From Chiloscyllium plagiosum (taxonomy: Eukaryota): a DNA stretch of 64,000 bases. Below are positions 52,160 through 64,000 of the stretch, piece by piece. The notes beneath the pieces are model-generated. The model ran no database searches. It was given only the letters and a program-made list of their open reading frames with translations, and was not told the DNA's origin. The stretch's first letter is position 1. Every line of letters starts with the position of its first letter. The translations under genes were made by a program, and so were the position numbers. The DNA lies in contig NC_057728.1 of assembly GCF_004010195.1 (NCBI RefSeq), positions 45,479,419 to 45,543,418 on the forward strand. The letters are read 5' to 3'.

Positions 52160-52995
52160 TTGAACATGAACGCTGTTTCCCTCTCGACAGATTCTGTCTG
52201 ACTGCTGAGCACATCCAGCACTTTTCTACTTTTATTTCAGATTTCCTGCATTCAGAGTATTTTGACTGTGGGTCAAAAATGTTCTGAACATTTCTTTTAA
52301 GTTATACTTTCCAGATATTTACAGTCAAGAAGCTATAACCATTAACGAAGTCGTCTACTTTTTTTTTGCAATACTGCTTTTCATTTTTGCATATCTATAA
52401 GTATAGAGCTCTTTGCTGGTAATAAGTAAACTGTGGTTGCTGAATCTAACTTATTTGTCTTATTACTATGATTCCAGTAATATGGAACAACTTACATATT
52501 TAATAGAGATAGGTCAACTTTAAGCATTAATGTGCCTTAAGGCAGCACCATAATGTCTTTTGCTACATTAAGAATGGTTTAGGTATTGGTTAACGTCATT
52601 TGCTGAGGACATGATTGTCTTGTGAGCTCTGGCTGCCTGACTTCCACAATGGCAATGGGAAAGAGGAAGTATGCTTTGATAGTTGAAAATGCACTTGGCA
52701 ATGGACAAATCAAAACATGAGAGCCAATAGTCTGCAAACCTATTGCTCTCTTCAAAATTCAACTTTCAGGAGTTCTCTTGCAATTGCACAATAAGATAAA
52801 TGTGAGGTCAGTGGGCATTTTCAAAACCCTTCAAGAATGAAATGATGTACAAAAAAAAATTATGTCTTGAAAGTCATTGTGACTCACAGTCAAAATACTC
52901 TGAATGCAGGAAATCTGAAATAAAAGCAGAAAAATACTGGAAATGCTCAGCAGTCAGACAGAATCTGTCGAGTGGGAAACAGCATTCATCTTTAA
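52160..52995. repeat. ~120-bp inverted repeat pair (52160-52281 and 52875-52995) around a ~590-bp spacer
   Basis: Arms are about 90% identical by eye and derive from family B sequence. Confidence 0.9.
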
Positions 52996-53057
52996 TTTGA
53001 CCCTGCGTTATATGGTGACCTATTCAAGACAATCTCGCAAAATTGGCAATATATAGC

Positions 53058-53788
53058 CAGTCGAAAGTGGGGACTGCAGATGCTGGAGATCAGAGTCGAA
53101 AAATGTGTTGCTGGAAAAGCACAGCCGGTCAGGCAGCATCCAAGGAGCAGGAGAGTCGACGATTCGGGCATGCACTCTTCATTAGGAATGAGGGGGTGGC
53201 CCATGGGGGTGGGGGTGAGCGGTGGGGCTTGCGGGAAGGTAGGTGGGAACGAGATAGGTAGATGAAGGTGGGGGGAGGTAATGGTGATAGGTCGGAGAGG
53301 AGGGTGAAGCAGATAGGTAGGAAGGAAGATGGACAGGCAGGACTGGTCGAGAGGGCAGTTTCCTCATTTCCCCATCCCCCACCTTATCCCAGATCCAACT
53401 TTCCAACTCGGCACCACCCTCTTGACCTGTCCTGCCTGTCCACCTTCCTTCCCACCTATCCGTTCCACCCTCCTCTCTGACCTATCACCATCACCTCCCC
53501 CCACCTTCAAGACAACCTCGCAAAATTGGCAATATATAGCCAGTTGAAAGTGGGGACTGCAGATGCTGGAGATCAGAGTCGAAAAGTGTGTTGCTGGAAA
53601 ATCACAGCCGATCAGGCTACCTCTCCCCAAGCCTCACCATTCTCCCCCCTTCCCATCTCCCAATTTATCTCTCAGCCCCCTTGGGCCACCCCCTCATCCT
53701 TGATGAACAGCTTATGCTCAAAATGTTGACTCTCCTGCTCCGTGGATGCTGCCTGATCAGCTGTGCTTTTCCAGCAACACACTTTTCG
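53058..53788. mobile_element. Composite family A Penelope insertion (two fold-backs plus a captured copy of flanking DNA)
   Basis: Direct repeat 53023-53134 and 53506-53617; TSD aatatatagc at 53048-53057 and 53789-53798; decayed hammerheads at ~53155-53188 (-) and ~53697-53735 (+). Confidence 0.85.
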
Positions 53789-54399
53789 AATATATAGCTG
53801 GTATTTTCACCCTCTTTAGTAATATAAATATATAGACAAAGCATGATATGTTTCAAAAGCAAAGTAATTTAATACTGTTTTATTACAAGAGGAGAGAGGG
53901 GGAGAGCAGAGACTGGAGGTTCAAGGAAAGGCAGGAAAGACCGAGGGGATATAAACAGAGAGTAGGTATCAATCTACATTTACTGGGAGAGAGAAAGGTG
54001 GATAGCAGACCTGCTGGGAAGAGGAACTGGGGGACACAGGGGATATGAAGAGAGTAGGACTTCGGACATACACTTAGTTGAAAGAGAGTTGACCTCTGAA
54101 GCAATGCGACAGAGACACAGTACTTAGATATATTGCACCTCCTGCCACCTTATCCTCACACTTACCTTGAGTGCAGCTGTCAAAGTTGCTGGCCATGATG
54201 CTGGATCTTTAAATTTCAGAATATGCAGTTTTGAAAAAAGGGACATGATTTGCTTTCCTCTGACTGACCTGCACTGTCGGGGACCTGTCAGATTGAATGT
54301 ATTGCTCTGCTTTTCTGGAGGAGTCCTGACATAAACGTGAAGCTCTTTTGTTCCATAAAAAAGGAACAAAGTGGCAATGTACATGAGATTGCCAGCCCT

Positions 54400-54840
54400 C
54401 AGAAATTCTGTCCAAGAAGTCTCCCTTAAATAATTAAATCTTAATGAGATTCTGAAAGAAAAATAAATTAGTACCAGTAAAAATACAACATTGGTGAAAT
54501 TAATAGGACTGAAAGTATATAAATCTCCAGGATCTGATGATCTTGACCCTATAATGTTCGAAGAAATGGGTATGGAGATATTGGATGCAATGGTGATCAT
54601 ATTCTGAAAATCTCTTAATCCTGCAATGGGTCCTAAAGTTTGGAAGCTTGCAAATGTAGCCTCATTGATTAAGAAAGGAGGGGGGAGAGAAAATAAGGAA
54701 ACTGCTCTTTTTTTTTAATGAACGGGAACATTTTCTCCCTATCTACTATATCCAGCCCACTCGTGATTTTGAAAACTTCTATCAGATCTTCTCTTAGCTT
54801 TCTTCTCTCCAAAGTAAAGAGTCACAATGTCTTCAATCTG
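54400..54840. mobile_element. CR1 fragments (+ 54400-54710; - 54715-54840)
   Basis: KSPGSDDLDPIMFEE..WKLANVASLIKKG. Confidence 0.75.
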
Positions 54841-55673
54841 ACCTGGGCTACAATTTAAGTCCAGGCTGGCTTGATCTAGTAGTGTGGCCTCCTGTGGCAG
54901 TCTGCCGGGAAAAGAGGGGCCTTCCTCTCCAACACCCTATTTACCAAAACCTCCAGATTCCTGTCTGAGAAGCTGGGAGTGAGCTTTCCTTCCTTCTGTG
55001 CCATGACCTCGGTGAATATAGTCTCGGTGTGAGTGGTCAATACTGGCTTGCAGCATCTGAAGTGGCATGCAGCTGGACTTTAAGTTTGGCAGTGGAGTTG
55101 TGAGCACTGAATGATCCCAGCTATGGCAAGCACTCCAGCTGCCCGATTCCCTGAGAAGTGAGAAGAATGGGTAAAAAAAAGAGTCAGAGCCATGGACGCC
55201 TGGGAACCATAAATCGCACTCAACAAAAACTTAATCACAAGAAGGAAAATTCTGTCCTCTGTTCCTAAACATTTTGTAATCATGTGGTAATAATTTTGTG
55301 TTGTATTATTTTATTAATTCTATGATGACTAAAGTGAAAATCTCCATTTTAATGCTGCTTAATATTCTGGCAATCATATCTTAAATAATTAATTTTGCAT
55401 CACCTTGTACTGCCTATTCCAAACTTTTTGCTAGGGAAAATTAAACGTAAAGAATGAACTAATAAACCAAAACATTTTTATATTCACAAAAGACTTCCTG
55501 TGTCATCATTCATTTATTGTGTAGTTTAATGTCAGCCAATGAGTTTGGATTCAAGACAGACTGCTTGAGGAGAAGACAATGTTGAGAACTGAATTCAGGC
55601 TTGGAATTGAAAATAACACTATTTATTCTACACAAATTCTAAATATCATGATACATGGTAATGCTAGATATAC

Positions 55674-55857
55674 CTGGTTTTTGCTTGTAGTTGCATTTGA
55701 AGCTGATTCATCTATCTTCTTTGTGTGTTTATGTCCATGTGCTGTATCAGTCTTTCTAGTCTGCTCTAGCTCTGCCCATACTGTGCTATGAATGTGCAGC
55801 TTTGTGATATCTTCATAATATAGTTCAGGGCATCTAAAGCTCTTCGACCGCAAATAT
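55674..55857 (-). CDS. Probable internal coding exon of an unidentified minus-strand gene (YLRSKSFRCPELYYEDITKLHIHSTVWAELEQTRKTDTAHGHKHTKKIDESASNATTSKNQ)
   Basis: Acceptor tttaatgtttcacag and donor CAG|gtatat; 184 nt, phase 2 to 0, open throughout, non-repetitive. Confidence 0.55.
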
Positions 55858-56479
55858 CTGTGAAACATTAAATTGAAATTGAATATAGGTGAGTGCAGAT
55901 GTGTTAGCATACATAGACAGAAGGTCAATTTGTGAGGCTTGAGGACTATAGAATGCCAGCAGTATAAATTAAAAACAATGCTGCTAGCTAACACTGTTCT
56001 TAACCTGGTACTACCTTCAAACCAGTTTTTACATTGTAACAGGGTATTTACCTTTACAAAGAATTACAATAACTTTTAATGTGATATTTGTTCCTTCTCA
56101 TATATTTCCATCCATTCATTTTTAAGGAAATGGTATAGACATCCTTAACTGAATTGTATTGAAGGAAAACACTGTTGTGTGCGTGGGAAGTGGAATTTGG
56201 TTATTAGACAGCTGGCCAACAATATAGGTCCTTAATTATTGAGAACTGTAATGCAAAGCCACTGAGAAGACCAATTGCATTAAGAGACATAACAGCTCCC
56301 TGATTCCTGGGACCTCCAGGGACAAATGGACAATGTAGTCTGTTGGTCATAACAGGAGATTGATCAGGGATTATAGGTCAATATTTTGAAGTTTCTTTTG
56401 AAGTTTGCTCATGATCTTTCTGGTAGTTCACGAGAGGGAATTCTATGGGTTAGTTTGTCAAAAGATGGGCTTGAGACAG

Positions 56480-57430
56480 AAGGACTGTTTACAAAATCAT
56501 GAGGGGCATTGATAGGGTCTTTTCCCAGGGGTGTGGGAGTCCAAAACAGTAGCACATAGGTTTAAAGTGAGAAGGGAAAGATTTCAAAGGGACTTAAGGG
56601 GCAACTTTCATACAGAGAGTGGTGTGTGTATGGAACGAACTGTCAGAGGAAGTGGTGGAGGCTGGTACAATAACAAGATTTAAAAGGCATCTGGATAGAT
56701 ACATGGATAGGAAGGGTTTAGAGGGATCTGGACCAACTGCTGGCAAATGGGACTAGATTAATTTAGGATATCTGGTCGGCACGAATGAGCTGGACCGAAG
56801 GGACTATTTCTGTGCTGTACAATTCTATGACTCTAGGACATTTTCTTGATCTATACTTTCTGTCCAATTCTATGTTTTTATTTTTAGCTGTTAAAGGTAG
56901 CTTTTAGATCTTGTACTTTGTATGGGACAGACAATATTAAAGTGAGTGCAGGAAACAGAATGTACTCCAGGAAGAATATCTTGACCTTGAACAAAGCGAA
57001 GCACAGAAATTCACTAGATTGAGGTTGATCTTAAAGGGATAAGTTATGAGGACAAGTTGGGACTGATCCTTTGAGTTTAGAAGATTTTGCATTGATCTAA
57101 GTAAGTGCTTAGCGTCAGAAAGGAATTTGATTGAGGTTTGTACAAATTAACTATTTCCTTTTGTTGTGGGTCCAGAGGGTGGAGGTGGCTAGAAATCAAG
57201 AATAGGAGGGTATAATTTTAAAATTAAAGCTAGGCTGTGTAGGAATGAAATTTGCAAGGATTTCTTTGCACAAACTGTAGTGGAAATCTGATACTCTCTT
57301 TCTTCAAAAAGACTTGCAGATTAATTGAAATTTTCAATACAGTTACACTTTTGTTCGGCAGTGATATCAAAAGCCATGATCTATTGGAATGGCCCAACTA
57401 ACTCAAAAGACCAATGTGTCTATTCCTTTC
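56480..57430 (+). mobile_element. Two CR1 3' ends (younger 56480-56835, older 57000-57430)
   Basis: Close similarity of the first to 39918-40247; ends ttctatgactcta. Confidence 0.8.
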
Positions 57431-57459
57431 ATGAGCTGTTGGTGTTGCTGTTTTATGAA

Positions 57460-57752
57460 TATCCCTAATTGCCTTTGAACTGAATGACTTACTCAGTCAT
57501 TGATCATTGTAGGGTCATATGCAGGGCCAGAACTAGGTAAGGACAATAATGAATCAATTGGGGTTTAATCAATAATATATGACAGCTTTCATGGTTGCTA
57601 TCATTAAGACTACTTTTATATTCCTGAATTTATTGATTGATTTTAAATTCTATAATTTGTTGCGGTGGGATTTGAACCTGTAATCTCCAGCGTGTTTGCT
57701 AAAACCTCTGGATTAGCAATGCAGAGACATTGCAACTACATCACTATCTCCC
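57460..57752 (-). mobile_element. Old tRNA-head SINE-like repeat
   Basis: Similar to 33830-34160. Confidence 0.55.
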
Positions 57753-58859
57753 ACACATAAATACACCAAATGTTAGCGGTGCAGTTAAAAAAGCTGTTCA
57801 GAGAATAATGGATTGACATAGTCAATGTTGGTAATCATTTTCAGAAAAGTTTCACAGTCTATAGTAACTTTCAAACTCATTTTAGTTGAGATGCTATCAG
57901 ATCTATTATTTTTCTTTTGAAGTTAGTATAAAACACTGGAAAAGCATCTCAGCTATCTGCCAGTGGAGCAAAGGAAGAAAGTACAGATTGTGGCACAAGC
58001 TAGACTTTAAATAAATATTAAAGGATTATGTAGTTTACCCATTCAAAATGAAGTGTTATCTGGAGAAAAAACAATATGTTCAGTTTGTGCAATTCACTGT
58101 GAAAACATTGGATTCAAACATTAATCATACCTCATACAGTGTGCTAAAATAATATACAATTAAAGTGATTAGGTTTTAGAAAAATATCAGAAACAAACCC
58201 TATTCTTTATTGCTTTACATATATGGTTCATTTAATCCATTTAAATATATAAAACAAAATAAATACACATTTTTTTCTTATCATGCCATTAAAGGATTTA
58301 GTTCCATTACAGCTCTACAATTTGAATTTGAAATAACAGGAGTCTGAGGATAACAGTACTGAAATCATCTTATCAGCTGGCTGCATAAATACAAGTTGGT
58401 GTTTCTGTCTGGATTTCTAAACTGGGCTTTCTACTTTCACTCTTTCAGCATTATAACACATAAACCCAAAAAGGTTATCAGTTCTGAATCCTTAAGCTAA
58501 ATGCCAAGCAAATCAGCATCTAAAACTAAATTATCAATATAAATCCTTAATCTGGAATTCTGGTTAAAGGAGATTGACAATGTGGTGCTACATTTTATGA
58601 GAATTCATAAATGAAACAATATCCATAGGTATTTTTTCTTAAAATAGAATCATCTTTTAAAATGTGATCCACTAAATTAAAAGAAGTTTACTGGATCAAT
58701 GTTATTATAAATTTTAAATCAAGATCTCAATTAAAAACTCACCTTACTTTCTAGGAAAATGTTAAAATGGTAGATCATAATACGAAGAAAATGAGTCACT
58801 GCCTATAAATTCCTACGAATATTTCAACTCTGGAGCTATTCACATTCTGCATTAAAAAT

Positions 58860-59690
58860 CTGGACAAAGTTTGTAGATAACGCAAAGATAAGCGGAGAGG
58901 CTGCAGAAGGACTTGGACAGGTTAGGAAAGTGGGTAAAGAAGAGGCAGATAGAATACAATATAGGGAAACGTGAGGTTACGCATGTTTGTAGCAAAAATA
59001 GAGGCAGAGACTATTTTCTAAATGAACAAAGGCTTTGGATATCTGAAACTCAAATGGACTTAGTAGGCCTGATTCAGGATTCTCTTAAGGTTAAGATGTA
59101 GGTTCATTTGGCAGTTAGGAAGGCAAATGCAATGTAGCATTCATTTCAAGAGGGTGAGAATACAAGAGCTCTTGTCAGATCATATTTGGAATATTGTGAG
59201 TAATTTTGGACCCCATATCTAAGTAAGGATACTCTGCAGGGGGTCTAGAGGATGTCGCGAGACTGATCTTGGAAATGTAGGGCTTGTCATTGGAGGAGCG
59301 GTTGAGGGTCCTGGGTCTGTGCTCAATGGACTTTAGAAGTATAACGGGGAATCTCATTGAAACTTACAGAAAACTAAGAGGCTTGGATATAGTGGATGTT
59401 TAGAAGGTGTTTCCATTAGTAGGAGAGAATTGGATCCAAGGGCACAAACTCAGAGAGAAGGGATGACCCTTTTGAACTGAATGATGAGGAATTTCTTCAG
59501 TCTGTGAAGTCATTACTATAGGAGGCTGTAGAGGCCAAGTTATTGATAGATCCTTGATTAGTAAAGAGATGAAAGGATATGGGGACAAGGAAGGAGAATG
59601 AGGTTGAGAAACATATCAGCCATGATTGAATGGTGGAGCGGACTCGATGGGCCTAATCCTGCTCTTACATCTTATGGTCTTATTGCCTTA
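58860..59690 (+). mobile_element. CR1 LINE 3' portion
   Basis: KFVDNAKI..LQKDLDRLGKW and HIWNIV/HLEY-type region, plus 3' UTR. Confidence 0.85.
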
Positions 59691-61379
59691 TGGTTGAGAG
59701 GACATTGGGAGATTAATTAAACTCCAAAGCTTTAGCTGAAATAAACTTTTGCATTCTATATTGCTGTGATATGCCTGGTTGTTAATACTAATGTAAAAAC
59801 AAAGTACTTTGGGATGTTGGCTATCCAAAATAAGAATCAAAAGTACCAGAGAAACATAGCAGAGCTGGTATTTTCTATGGGGGGAGAAACAGATTTAATG
59901 CCTCTTCCTGGTTTCTAATATTTTCACAGCAAGTGAAAGAGTGGAAACATAATTGAATTCCAGGTTTGGAAGCATCCCTTACCAAGTAACTGAAAGCCTG
60001 GCAACAGAGGAGTAAGTTTAGATAGGCGCTACATGGTCTGTCAGGGGAACTTTGGTGGAAGAGCTGTAGAAACTCGTGCAAAATGTCGTGAATAGCACGT
60101 GTTGTTTTTGTTTACAGATTTTTCACCAAATTTACAGCCAATGAGTTGGAGGGCAATCATGTAAGCTGAAAAATCATATTCAATGCTAACAAAACAAATG
60201 GTGCAGTTCAATCTTAGTTAATAAGATACAAAACTGCCCACTCCTCTGTCAGCATTTTCTGATGCATGATAGCTTCAATATAACAGGCATTGTTCAGAGG
60301 TCCTGCATGAATAGAGACAGTTGAAATTAAAATCCTTTTCTTTCAGCTCATAAGGTCTTACAGGGAGTTAATGATATGCTTCCCTCTTTCTGTGCCCTCC
60401 TCCTCCAGTAATGGGATCTAGCCTCATGTAACCCCCAGAAAGAAAACTCCTAAGCAGAGTATTGAAGCATTGATCATGCTTGCACTTAACCTCTTCTCCA
60501 GAAAAACAGGTGAGCACCATACATTTTCATATAGCAGCTGCTTCGATTGTTTTACTGCTGAGAGGAATTTCTATAATCAGAAGTGGCTTTTCTGTTTTGT
60601 GACAATTATAATTAAACAAGAGCTCTGCTGAGGATAATGTTTTATAATAACAGGGTCCTGAAAACTTGCATTTTGCCTCATGATTGTAATTACACAAACT
60701 ACTCTTTCATTAGGAGTATCTTCTTTGTTGATTGAAATCATTAATCTTAAATCTATTGAAGTTACTTAAAAACTATTACATGAAAGTACTCAAACAGAAT
60801 TTCCTGCAGAGTGAAACCAGTGACATGAGTTGGCTTATTCCATATGGCTCACCATTCTCTACATAATTAGACCACTTGATTCTTTAGGTATTTTCTAGTC
60901 AACCTGTTTAGAAATGTTGTTACACATGTCAAAAGCTGATGGGATTCAAACTCAAGTCTCCTGGCCCAGAGATAGGGACATTATCGCTGCACCACAAGCA
61001 TTCTCTTGTGTGATTAAACTTTGTCAAGGTGGAATTTGAACACGTCTCCAGAGAATTAGCCTGAATCTCTGAATTTCTAGGCCATTAATATTACCACTAT
61101 GCCAACATCTCTTCCCTCCCATCCACCTCCTTATACTCTCTTCTTTGGGTTAATTAATTAAGAATTGAGATGTTTCACCAGAAAAGTCTCACATAAATCA
61201 ATGGTTCTTTACCTTCTAGACATTATTCTAAAGGCAAGTGAAATTCTATTTTTAAGGAACAATAGCACAGTGATAGAAAAAGTTACCGGACTGATCATCA
61301 AGTCCACTGAAGGGAAATACAAGTATTTGATTAACAGACTGCCAGTACTGGGAAGAATGGGTTATGACCTTTCTTTATT

Positions 61380-61760
61380 CACTCATGAGACATGGATATT
61401 GCTGGCTGGCCAGTATTTATTGCCAGTCCCTAGTTGCCCTTGAAAAGATGATGGTGAGCTGCCTCCTTGAACTGCTGCAGTCTGCATGGTGTAAGTTGAT
61501 TCCCAATGCCCTTACGGAGGGAATTCCAAGATTTGACACATAATAGTAAAGGAAGGGTGATATATTTCAAAGTCAGAATGATGCGTGGCTTGGAGGGGGG
61601 GAACTTACTGGTGGTCATGTTCCCATGTATGCTGCCTTTGTCCTTTTAGATGAACGTGGTCCTAGGTTAGGAAGGTGCTGTCTACAGATCTTTAGTGAAC
61701 TTTTGCAGTGCATCTTGGAGGAGGGAAGCGATTGTACTGCATTAAATTTGCCACCAACTG
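61380..61760 (-). mobile_element. Ancient CR1/L2-type 3' end
   Basis: Minus ORF KSWNSLRKGI..LQQFKEAAHHHLFKGN, followed by aataaa. Confidence 0.65.
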
Positions 61761-62099
61761 TCCTGCTGGCATTGGCAGCACTTGGAGCTGTTGGCCACTG
61801 ATTTGTTGAAAACTCACAGTCATTGGCAAATCCTCCACCAAGAACATCAATGGTTGGAAAGACCTGTCTGGGGTCACATTGAAAGGCACCTTTCTGCATT
61901 GGGGCTCATTCACAGGACTTAAAGCTGTCCCTTGACCATTATCTGATCAGATGATACCACTTCAGTCCAGCAGAATCTTGCCAAATGACTTAGGAAAGTT
62001 TCGACTGTTCAGCACAAATCAAAGGCTTTCCTTATTGTTATCCACTATTAAATCCACTTTTAGTAATAATGTTTAGAGTACAATGGATTTATGAGAAAT

Positions 62100-62380
62100 A
62101 GATTATGAAGGTCCCATCTATCCTCTATTTTAGATGTAGAAGATTCCATGACATGACTGTGATAAAGATATTGACATTTATTCATGGCATCCTTTATCAA
62201 CATGACAAGATAAATTATCCTGTCATTATTAAATTGGTATTTATGGGAGCTTGCTGTGTTTAACTTGGCAGATATTCTTCCCATATTACAATAGCGACAG
62301 CACTTCAAAGTACCTCATGAGTTCCAAAGTACTTTGGGATATCCTGTGGTCATATAGGGTGCTATGTAATTGCTAGTCTC
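62100..62380 (+). mobile_element. Deu-domain SINE, 3' half
   Basis: gatgtagaagattccatgaca and tgggagcttgctgtg..attacaatagcgacagcacttcaaagtac, similar to 45920-46340. Confidence 0.65.
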
Positions 62381-62573
62381 TCTTGGTACTTATTAGTATT
62401 GTTTGACATCTAAGTAGGTCTGTTACATGATTCAGTGGAGCATAAACCTATTATCACTTCAATTGTTGGATACTCCTCACTTGCCTATCAGAAGATGGCA
62501 ACAAAAAGTATGGGATTTTCTTTTCTGGAAAAGACATTGTCAGTTGTCAATATGCATCTCAGGTCTTGAATAT

Positions 62574-63510
62574 TGTGGTGACATTGTGGCTTTCAAGAGG
62601 TTATTTTGTCCTGGTTTTTTGAAGAGAGATTGCAAGGCAGAGGTTTTGAGCTGTCTCTAAGAAACTAAACAACTTGTGATGCCTTGGAATTTTTTTCTTT
62701 GATGTTGGAACAATGGAATTAGCCTGGGTGTGGCCAGCTCTCTCAGACCAGTTTTTTTATTGTTTTTAGTTTTAGCTTTAAGCTGAAGCTATTGGAATTT
62801 AGAAAATATTGGAAGCTGCAGAGAATGCATCGTGGCTGCTACTTTCTCTGAATTTTCTCTTGATATTTTTCCTTTTGGATTGGAGAACTGCTTGTGAGAA
62901 TCTGTGTCTGAATTTTTTTTTGCCAAGGGGATGTCACGACATTGGAGGTGTTAATTAGTAATAGTTACTGTTTCTATTATTTTGTTAAGTTTTCCAAGAT
63001 TTAAGTTATTCTAAATTTCTCTTTCTTTTGTTTATATTTAAACTATAATGTATAAATAAATCATGCTTCACAATGCGGTTTGGTGGCTCAGTGGTTAGCA
63101 CTGTTGCCTCACAGCACCAAGTTCAATTCATGCCTTGGGTGACTGTGGCGTTTGCACATTCTCCCCGTGTCTGCATGGGTCTCTTCTGGGTGCTCTGGTT
63201 TCCTCCCACAATCCAAAGATGTTTAGGTCTGGTGAGTTGGCTGTGGTAATTGTCTATAGTGTTGTGCCTATAGTCATGTGTAAATATACAGAATAGGTCT
63301 GGGTGGGTTACTCTTCGGAGGGTTGGTGTGGACTTATTGGATTGAAGGGCCTGTTTCCATACTGTAGGGAATCTAATCTTATTGTCAAGTTTGACCAGTC
63401 ACATTGCATCAGGAACACAGCATTTTACGTCTACCTTTAAAATAAGAAAAAAATAGGTTCTAGGCTATCTTCTTAAAATATTTTGAGGGGTTCTGATCTG
63501 GTCCATAACA
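62574..63510 (+). mobile_element. Solo LTR (Gypsy/ERV-like)
   Basis: TGT...ACA termini, 4-bp TSD atat (62570-62573 and 63511-63514) and AATAAA at 63055-63060. Confidence 0.7.
63075..63378 (+). mobile_element. HE1-type V-SINE nested in the solo LTR
   Basis: tggctcagtggttagcactg head, V-core and tail gaagggcctgtttccatactgtagggaatctaatc. Confidence 0.9.
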
Positions 63511-64000
63511 ATATTTAATTAAGATTAATGCTGAAAGTGTAGAGCTTTATCACAGTGGATATATTCTCAATGATCAGTTAAGCTGAAATCTTGGATACCT
63601 GTTTGGGTAATTCAGCAAGATCTATAGCACTATTCAAAGAGGAACGAGGTAACCAACATTCTTTCATTAACTGCCATCTGAAAGATGAACTCATTCCTAG
63701 AGCTTTATTGAACTGAAAAGAGAAGCCTTGTTTGCCTACAAATCCAGAAAGACTATGGGTGCTATCTAATCCAGGTGGTGGAGCTGGCTCTAGATCTATG
63801 GTGCCTCCTTTAGGCAAGATCTGCCCATTAAGATCACAGGTCAACCCTGCTTAGGATCAAAGATCCTGTCAAATGAGAGGTCGTAGTCCCTGAGAGCTGC
63901 TGACCAATCACAGGCTAGTTGGCAGCTGCCCAATGCAGGCAGTGTCAATGGGAGTGGTGACTGCTATCACTAATGCACACTCTCGCGATACAGGCTCAAC

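Noticed and set aside
58743..58846. Minus-strand exon ending in a strong AAG|gtgagt donor
   Set aside because: All frames from the best acceptor contain stops. The shorter 60-nt alternative ends in phase 0 and does not fit the phase-2 exon at 55857.
1..64000. CRISPR array, operons or other prokaryotic systems
   Set aside because: No regularly spaced repeat-spacer array and no gene-dense region; the sequence is vertebrate.

Overview
Eukaryotic, AT-rich, repeat-dense vertebrate DNA, almost certainly from a shark: it carries HE1/V-SINEs, HER1-type CR1 LINEs and Deu-SINEs. A bamboo/carpet shark origin is a plausible inference. There are two assembly gaps (31783-32282 and 42645-43491). Nearly all ORFs in the supplied track are chance ORFs or transposon debris. 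Host-gene signal is limited to a probable last coding exon plus 3' UTR on + (14-~2200) and a probable internal exon of a convergent minus-strand gene (55674-55857); I could not name either gene. The rest is CR1, RTE and Rex1/Babar LINE relics, a decayed Gypsy element, a solo LTR, Harbinger and Tigger relics, and many Penelope-derived pieces. The most notable signal is at least five distinct repeat families (labelled A-E here) that each carry a minimal hammerhead-ribozyme core (CUGANGA-N-stem II-GAAA-palindromic stem III-UH). Several occur as ~200 bp fold-back insertions with 8-17 bp target-site duplications, and many copies have lost catalytic G12 through CpG decay. Repeat boundaries without a stated TSD are approximate, and all family assignments are by eye without database searches.
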